From assembly GCA_008080745.1 (NCBI GenBank), contig SHMX01000011.1:1-32000 (forward strand): 32,000 nucleotides of DNA, in the 5' to 3' direction. This DNA comes from Candidatus Thorarchaeota archaeon. Lineage in GTDB: Archaea > Asgardarchaeota > Thorarchaeia > Thorarchaeales > Thorarchaeaceae. The notes below the pieces were generated by a model, which had not been told where the DNA came from, did no database searches, and was given only the letters and a program-made list of their open reading frames with translations. The position numbers were made by a program, and so were the translations under genes. This document shows, piece after piece, positions 26,430 to 32,000 of this stretch (position 1 is its first letter; each line of letters begins with the position of its first letter).

Positions 26430-27640
26430 TGTGTTCGAAGAGCAGCCAGAGGTACATCACGAACATAGCTTTGGTCTGTCTTCCATCCAATCTCATCATT
26501 GTGATTCTCATGATAGAAATAATAGGTAAAAGCTGAGTCAAACTGCATCTGGAGAACAGACACATTGTCGGCATGTTCCCATATAAACTCTGAAAATTCT
26601 GGAGCAAAGGAGGGAGACGAGGTAGTGAACAAAACAAAACTATCCTCGTCCGATACCAATTGACACTCGAAGGGAACAAGCTTGGATCGGACGAAATGAT
26701 GTAATGTCGAATTGTTCAATTCTGAATTCGGTCGGAAATAGCCAATAATCGCTTGTGGATATGTCAAATCGAATACAGACCGATCATAATAGAGTTGTTC
26801 ATCAGGGGCAACAGACTTGCGGATTTTCTTTACTCTGCGTGAAATAGTGGTCGGGTCACGATTATGATGATCTCCAAGATCTTTCTTAGGAATCTTGGAA
26901 TTGATGGTCAATTCTCGAAGAAGTAATTTGTCAAGAGAATCAAGGGAAACTTTCTTCTTCAATTCAAGAGCGGGAAGAGATGGAATCTCTTTTTCGTGTT
27001 CAATCATTTTGTCCCAGATAATATCAAGGGCACTCTGTTTTAATCCCGGTTCAGATTTCAGGGCAGATTCAATCTTCCATGTGTTTGACTTCTTATCCCA
27101 TTGACTAAAGTCAGCGGGAATTTTCGACGTATACAGTGAATTCTGAGTCTGAAAACTCTCGAAAAGACCCTGTTTCTGAAGGTCTTCAAACAGAGATTTC
27201 ATTTCATTTTCAGTTGCTGGAGGGATATCGAACTGAGCATAAAAAACAGCCCCACGCGAATATGCTACCGTGCGATAATGAGTGTATGGATGCTCATCAC
27301 ACAACAACTTCAATTTGTTCAAGCTTTTCCTATCAGGAACCTGATGGAAGAATACATGCTGACGCCTCAGACCGAGCTCATGTGGGAGGTAGACTACCTC
27401 TATCTCTGTCTGTATGCGTTTTCCAAGAATTGGATCTGTTATTTCCTTATCAACACGAAGGAAACCTTTCTCCTTCATCTGAAGCAGCCTAGTACGTACT
27501 GTTTCAATAGACACGGAAATCTCAGAGCTTGTATTCACAGCTGATTTAATCTCGTGAAGTGTAGATGATGGGTTATTCTTTAACTGAAGAAAGATTTCAT
27601 AATCCTTCATATCGAATTCATAACCCCTCCAAGCAACCAT
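26426..27640 (-). CDS. Twin winged-HTH (Lrp/AsnC-like) regulator
   Basis: HTH1 STLHEIK...SIETVRTRLLQMKEKG; HTH2 LDSLDKLLLRELTINSK...DPTTISRRVKKI. Its stop codon overlaps that of the TPR gene. Confidence 0.7.
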   Translation of the reverse strand: MVAWRGYEFDMKDYEIFLQLKNNPSSTLHEIKSAVNTSSEISVSIETVRTRLLQMKEKGFLRVDKEITDPILGKRIQTEIEVVYLPHELGLRRQHVFFHQVPDRKSLNKLKLLCDEHPYTHYRTVAYSRGAVFYAQFDIPPATENEMKSLFEDLQKQGLFESFQTQNSLYTSKIPADFSQWDKKSNTWKIESALKSEPGLKQSALDIIWDKMIEHEKEIPSLPALELKKKVSLDSLDKLLLRELTINSKIPKKDLGDHHNRDPTTISRRVKKIRKSVAPDEQLYYDRSVFDLTYPQAIIGYFRPNSELNNSTLHHFVRSKLVPFECQLVSDEDSFVLFTTSSPSFAPEFSEFIWEHADNVSVLQMQFDSAFTYYFYHENHNDEIGWKTDQSYVRDVPLAALRTH

Positions 27641-27694
27641 TTAGTTTCACCTTTTCATCAATGTTCTGTCGTTCTTCTGTTTCTTGAGTTGTTA

Positions 27695-28195
27695 CTAGTA
27701 TACAACTAGTGTTGGTTCTCCACCAGGCGACCCTCCAGGAGGATCAAAGGTATGACTCACTGTGTCAGAGTCCCAGTATGGTGAGATAAGCAGTGCATCG
27801 ACATGAATCGTATAATCACCACTCTCAGTAGCATAATCAAAGAATACATTTCTGAGATAAATTGTGTCGGTCCATGCAAATACATGAACTTCATAACAAT
27901 ATGAAGCCCCAGAGGGCAATTCAAGAGTTATCCAGTAATAGTATTCGTAAATCCAAGAACTTGATAACTCGAATTTAATTACCGAGAATACATCATTTTC
28001 CATACCATCTCCATCCAGACAAGTGTAGTATGCTGTTTCGATAGATACAGCAATACGAGGACTGGTAGGATAAGCAGGATATGCACTAACACCAGATACC
28101 GTGGACATAACAAAAAACAGTGAGAAGAGAACACCAAATAGAACAACCCGAGGGCGAAGTGATCGGCCAGAGTTGGCTTTGTTGGTCTTTGTCAT
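27695..28195 (-). CDS. Secreted beta-rich hypothetical protein
   Basis: Basic N-region, hydrophobic signal ending VSA, Tyr/Thr-rich beta strands, C-terminal DPPGGSPGGEP. Likely start ATG 28195. Confidence 0.7.
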   Translation of the reverse strand: MTKTNKANSGRSLRPRVVLFGVLFSLFFVMSTVSGVSAYPAYPTSPRIAVSIETAYYTCLDGDGMENDVFSVIKFELSSSWIYEYYYWITLELPSGASYCYEVHVFAWTDTIYLRNVFFDYATESGDYTIHVDALLISPYWDSDTVSHTFDPPGGSPGGEPTLVVY

Positions 28196-28275
28196 GTTTC
28201 CCAGCTCTATAGTGCAGGAATTACAAAAGGATATATATATCAATTCCGAAAAATCCCGCATGCCATTTTTTCAAC

Positions 28276-28292
28276 ATGTTTATATATAATAT
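28276..28292 (+). promoter_or_regulatory. TATA-like box upstream of the subtilase gene
   Basis: TTTATATATAA preceded by a purine-containing BRE-like segment, about 90 nt upstream of the start. Confidence 0.45.
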
Positions 28293-28378
28293 TTGACATT
28301 CGTGCAAGATAAGAAACTGACCTGATTGGGACCACCAAGACGGTCACGCTTCCGATTAACAATGATCGGGAGCATTCG

Positions 28379-30232
28379 GTGATGAGAATGAAGAACAGAC
28401 ACAAAATGGTGTTGTTCGCAGCCGTATTGGCAGCAGTACTTGTTTTTCCAAATCTATCTGCTATGCCCAATGCGACTGTTACAACAAGTTCGAATTATGT
28501 TGATGCTGTGATTATGTTTAATCCCGGTGTCGATGTGAATTTACAAGATTTTGACATTATTCACGAGTATAGCTCATTGAATGGTGTTACAGCAAGAATC
28601 CCCATGGTATTCTACAGAATACTGGAACAATCTTGGTTCGTATCAGCAATACAGATTGACCATGAAGTAACGATTTTCCAAGACACTCTAGATTGGGGTG
28701 TTGACGATGTCGAAGCAGAACGTGTATGGGGCGGTAGTGAGAACGCGATTGATGTCATCAGTGGTAATGTTGATGGTACCGGTATCAATGTAGCAATCTT
28801 AGATACTGGTATTGACTATACCCATCCTGATTTGGATGACATCTATGCTGGCGGTTATGACTTTGTCGAGAATGACAATGACCCCAAAGACGAAAATGGC
28901 CACGGTACTCATTGTGCAGGAATAGTTGCTGCAGAAGATAATGGACAAGGCGTCATTGGTGTCGCACCTCATGCCTCAATATATGCGGTACGAGTTCTTG
29001 ATGCACAAGGTTCTGGCTCTATCAGCGATATTGTTGCTGGGATTGATTGGGCTGTAAACAACAACATGGATATAATTTCCATGAGTCTAGGAGCTAGTTC
29101 GGGAGATTCATCCTTGGAGTCTGCAGTTGATCAGGCCTACAATGCTGGGCTTGTAGTGGTTGCAGCTTCTGGTAATGACGGACATAATGGAATCTCATAT
29201 CCGGCAGCATATTCAAGCGTAATTGCAGTTGGAGCTACCGATTCTAATCATAATCTGGCTAGCTTTAGCAACTATGGAGCTGAACAAGAGGTAGTTGCAC
29301 CAGGCGTGGACATCTATAGTACCATGCCAACATACAGAGTCACTCTGAACTCTTGGTGGTATGGTGGATTAAGCCAAGACTATTCCGAGATGGATGGTAC
29401 ATCAATGGCATGCCCGATGGTTGCTGGTGTTGCAGCACTGATTCTTGATGCAGATGCAACACTAAGTCCTTCAGAGGTAAGGGATATACTACACACTACT
29501 TCAGTAGACCTTGGCTCATCGGGTTGGGATAGCACCTATGGATATGGACTAGTCGATGCAGAGATGGCTGTTGAAGAGGCTGGCGGAGGAGGAACTCCAA
29601 CAGATGAGAAACCAACGGTTTCAATTGTTGATCCAAATAACGGTGAAACTGTTTCGGACACTCATAGAATCTACGTATCAGCCAGTGATGACAATGGTAT
29701 TTCAAAAGTAGAAATCAATGTTGATTCTGGAAACTGGATCGATATAACAAGCAATTTCGATGGAACATACTACTATTACGACTGGGACACCACTCAAGAG
29801 TCAGATGGTAGCCATACAATAAACGCTCGTGCCACAGACACAGCAAGTCAGACCGATACTGATTCAATATCCGTAACCGTGAACAACGGAGGTACTACTA
29901 CCGACACGATGCACGTTGCATCAATTGCAATGAGCTATGAAGAGGTACGCTGGTGGTTCTGGGTTATCGGATATGATGTATACACCGAGGTAACAGTACA
30001 TGATGGGAACGGAAACCCACTCGAAGGCGTAACTGTATACCTTGAAATGACTCTCCCAGATGGTTCAAGCGCAACTGGTAATGCTGATACCGGGTCTGAT
30101 GGAATTGTTACTTTTGTCTTAGAACAAGGTGATTCGGGAACCTACACTTCCACAGTGACAGACCTTCAGAAGACCGGATACAGCTACGTATCATCTGACA
30201 ACGTAGAAACCTCAGAAACTCTAACTATCTAA
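28379..30232 (+). CDS. Secreted S8 subtilisin-like serine protease with a propeptide and two C-terminal Ig-like domains
   Basis: Catalytic triad LDTG, HGTH and GTSMACP; oxyanion ASGN; C-terminal PTVSIVDPNNG...WDTT..DGSHTINARATD Ig-like domain. Confidence 0.93.
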   Translation: MMRMKNRHKMVLFAAVLAAVLVFPNLSAMPNATVTTSSNYVDAVIMFNPGVDVNLQDFDIIHEYSSLNGVTARIPMVFYRILEQSWFVSAIQIDHEVTIFQDTLDWGVDDVEAERVWGGSENAIDVISGNVDGTGINVAILDTGIDYTHPDLDDIYAGGYDFVENDNDPKDENGHGTHCAGIVAAEDNGQGVIGVAPHASIYAVRVLDAQGSGSISDIVAGIDWAVNNNMDIISMSLGASSGDSSLESAVDQAYNAGLVVVAASGNDGHNGISYPAAYSSVIAVGATDSNHNLASFSNYGAEQEVVAPGVDIYSTMPTYRVTLNSWWYGGLSQDYSEMDGTSMACPMVAGVAALILDADATLSPSEVRDILHTTSVDLGSSGWDSTYGYGLVDAEMAVEEAGGGGTPTDEKPTVSIVDPNNGETVSDTHRIYVSASDDNGISKVEINVDSGNWIDITSNFDGTYYYYDWDTTQESDGSHTINARATDTASQTDTDSISVTVNNGGTTTDTMHVASIAMSYEEVRWWFWVIGYDVYTEVTVHDGNGNPLEGVTVYLEMTLPDGSSATGNADTGSDGIVTFVLEQGDSGTYTSTVTDLQKTGYSYVSSDNVETSETLTI

Positions 30233-30247
30233 GAGTTGTCTTCCCCT

Positions 30248-30279
30248 AAGCCCGATTCTTTCGGGCTTCTTCTTTTTTT
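30248..30279 (+). terminator. Hairpin plus T-tract between the convergent protease and MFS genes
   Basis: AAGCCCGA-TTCTT-TCGGGCTT followed by CTTCTTTTTTT. Confidence 0.75.
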
Positions 30280-31768
30280 ATTCGAATTGTGGCCTCTTCT
30301 TCTTTTTGAAAACGCCTCTTACACTTTCTAATGGAAGTTGGAGAGTATGCCGCAAGCCATCAACAGTAGAGAGGTTGCGTACATTTCTTCGAGTTTCAGC
30401 AATGATTGCATCGATTATTACCTTCTCCTCAACTTCACCCTGTTCCTTAACCAGAGCTAATCGATGAATTGCATAAACACCAATCAATACGGAGAATAGA
30501 AAGAGGAAATCAATGCCGGAGAGATAGATTGTGTTGAATATGATTTGGCCCATAGGATTGTTCCAAGTGAAGGTGAATATGAGTTCATGTTCTGCTAAGA
30601 GATCCGCCGAAATGCCACCTATGATTGGAGCCACTGATGCCGCAGAAGATATGACAACACTTCTTGTTGCAATGTAACCAGGAGCCTGCCCTCTGGGTGC
30701 GAGTTTCAACCCGATATTAGTGGATGTCAGGTTAACACCTGCAGCAGACAGGCCAGTAAGAAGATGAATAATAACAAGAAGGGGAATATCTAGAAAAGCT
30801 TCCTGAGCAACGGTGGTAAATGCCCAGAGAAGAGTGCCCACAAGAAACAGAGGTGCAGTTATTTGCAGAACCGATTTGTTGGTGAACCGATCAGACAGCG
30901 AACCCCAAAACCTGAAGAATACGATACTGACAATCTGGGTCAATGCAGAGAGGCCTGTTGCAATAGGTAATTCAAGTCCCAACCGAGTCAAGAGATATAC
31001 AGTAAAGAATGGTGCTACTAAACTGGTGCTGAAACTCCATAGACCAGAAAAAATCATGAGATTTCTAAAATTATCGTTTTCAAAGGGGTGACGGATTTGG
31101 TCTAGGAAACCGAGCTGTTTCTCCGACACCTCCATTTTTGGCTCAGGTATAGATTGAGTAAGAATAAGAGAAACAATTCCAAAAGAGAAGGCCAGAAAGA
31201 AAAGAAAACTGTAACTGTAAACGGTTAATCCAAAACCCCAATTACTCCACTCACCTACAATAATGCCACCGAGGAAAGTTACTATTACCGCTATAATGGC
31301 ATTATAGGCTAAACGCCGTGAGAAGAAACGTCCCAACTTGTTTAACGGTACCAAATCACGCAACCAAGAATTCCAGCTAGGAGAACCAATTGCGATGAAT
31401 GCAGATTGGATTGCCACAGTACCAATGAGAAAAATCAATGATAAGTCGGGGGTACTGAGAAAGGGAATCAAAGCCATAAATAGGATGGCAAGCCGACTAC
31501 CAATTGTGGTAATCGTGTTAATACGCTTACGTGTTCGGTATTTCTCCACAATATAGATCGAGGGGATTTGCAAGAACTGAGTGATAGAGGGAGTTGCAGC
31601 TAAAAGACCAATGACAGTATTAGGAGCCCCCAATAGAATAGCAAATGCTACTAAGAAGACACCTTCTGTAAGAGTGATTTTTACTTGAGAAGCTAAACCT
31701 TGTTGAAGGACTCTTCTAAGTGCCTTATCATCCACTATTGTAGAAGATTCTGTCACTTTATCACTCAT
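30278..31768 (-). CDS. MFS-type transporter
   Basis: About 12 TM, WLRDLVP..LGRFF, FWGSLSDRFTNK (MFS motif A-like). Likely start ATG 31768. Confidence 0.85.
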   Translation of the reverse strand: MSDKVTESSTIVDDKALRRVLQQGLASQVKITLTEGVFLVAFAILLGAPNTVIGLLAATPSITQFLQIPSIYIVEKYRTRKRINTITTIGSRLAILFMALIPFLSTPDLSLIFLIGTVAIQSAFIAIGSPSWNSWLRDLVPLNKLGRFFSRRLAYNAIIAVIVTFLGGIIVGEWSNWGFGLTVYSYSFLFFLAFSFGIVSLILTQSIPEPKMEVSEKQLGFLDQIRHPFENDNFRNLMIFSGLWSFSTSLVAPFFTVYLLTRLGLELPIATGLSALTQIVSIVFFRFWGSLSDRFTNKSVLQITAPLFLVGTLLWAFTTVAQEAFLDIPLLVIIHLLTGLSAAGVNLTSTNIGLKLAPRGQAPGYIATRSVVISSAASVAPIIGGISADLLAEHELIFTFTWNNPMGQIIFNTIYLSGIDFLFLFSVLIGVYAIHRLALVKEQGEVEEKVIIDAIIAETRRNVRNLSTVDGLRHTLQLPLESVRGVFKKKKRPQFE

Positions 31769-32000
31769 TTCAGTTTTCTCCAAGAAACGACAACCATTAG
31801 ATGATACATTCAAACTAATGAACACTTGGTCTAAAATAGGAGTATAAATTGTGTTAGCGATAATAAGTAGGTAGGCTTCCAGCAAGGCGCACTATTTGGG
31901 TGTGGTAACGAAGGAACATGTGTTACCATAATGTCCCCTGCCAGGGGGCCTACCCACCTCTTTATGGAATTTGTATGCACTAAAATTTTTTGACTAAACA

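Noticed and set aside
140-31556. Many short antisense or alternate-frame ORFs in the track (e.g. 140-430, 3393-3815, 24580-24972, 27136-27492)
   Set aside because: Shadow ORFs lying within well-supported genes, with no motifs.
1-32000. CRISPR arrays, tRNA/rRNA genes, transposases or integrases
   Set aside because: No regularly spaced repeats, cloverleaf with T-loop, rRNA signature or DDE/tyrosine/serine recombinase motif found by eye.

Overview
Gene-dense archaeal chromosomal window (archaeal AhcY, KorB/KorC with a separate gamma subunit, TATA-like promoters, GGAGG/GGTG ribosome-binding sites, many GTG/TTG starts). An anaerobic Asgard/Thorarchaeia-like host is my inference from gene content and is not verified. 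Left half: korB-korC, a six-gene group 4 [NiFe]-hydrogenase operon (NuoA/B/C/D/H/I-like, no antiporter subunits), a 2-hydroxyacyl-CoA dehydratase/benzoyl-CoA reductase-type trio, a divergent acyl-CoA ligase, a HemN-like radical SAM protein, a membrane alpha/beta hydrolase, a gamma-carbonic anhydrase, and a core-MetE / Lrp / ahcY cluster. Right half: small hypothetical proteins, a second membrane hydrolase, a thioredoxin, a type I membrane protein with an internal duplication, a 742-aa HTH-TPR-PD-(D/E)XK nuclease, a twin-HTH regulator, a secreted protein, a subtilase and an MFS transporter. Two signals stand out. First, an unannotated ~317-bp structured intergenic element (19494-19810) bounded by imperfect 36-bp inverted repeats built on TGGACA-N4-TGGACA, with the end of a related copy at positions 1-93. 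Second, the TPR-nuclease fusion, a candidate one-gene defence or sensor-effector system. I saw no tRNA, rRNA, CRISPR array or transposase.
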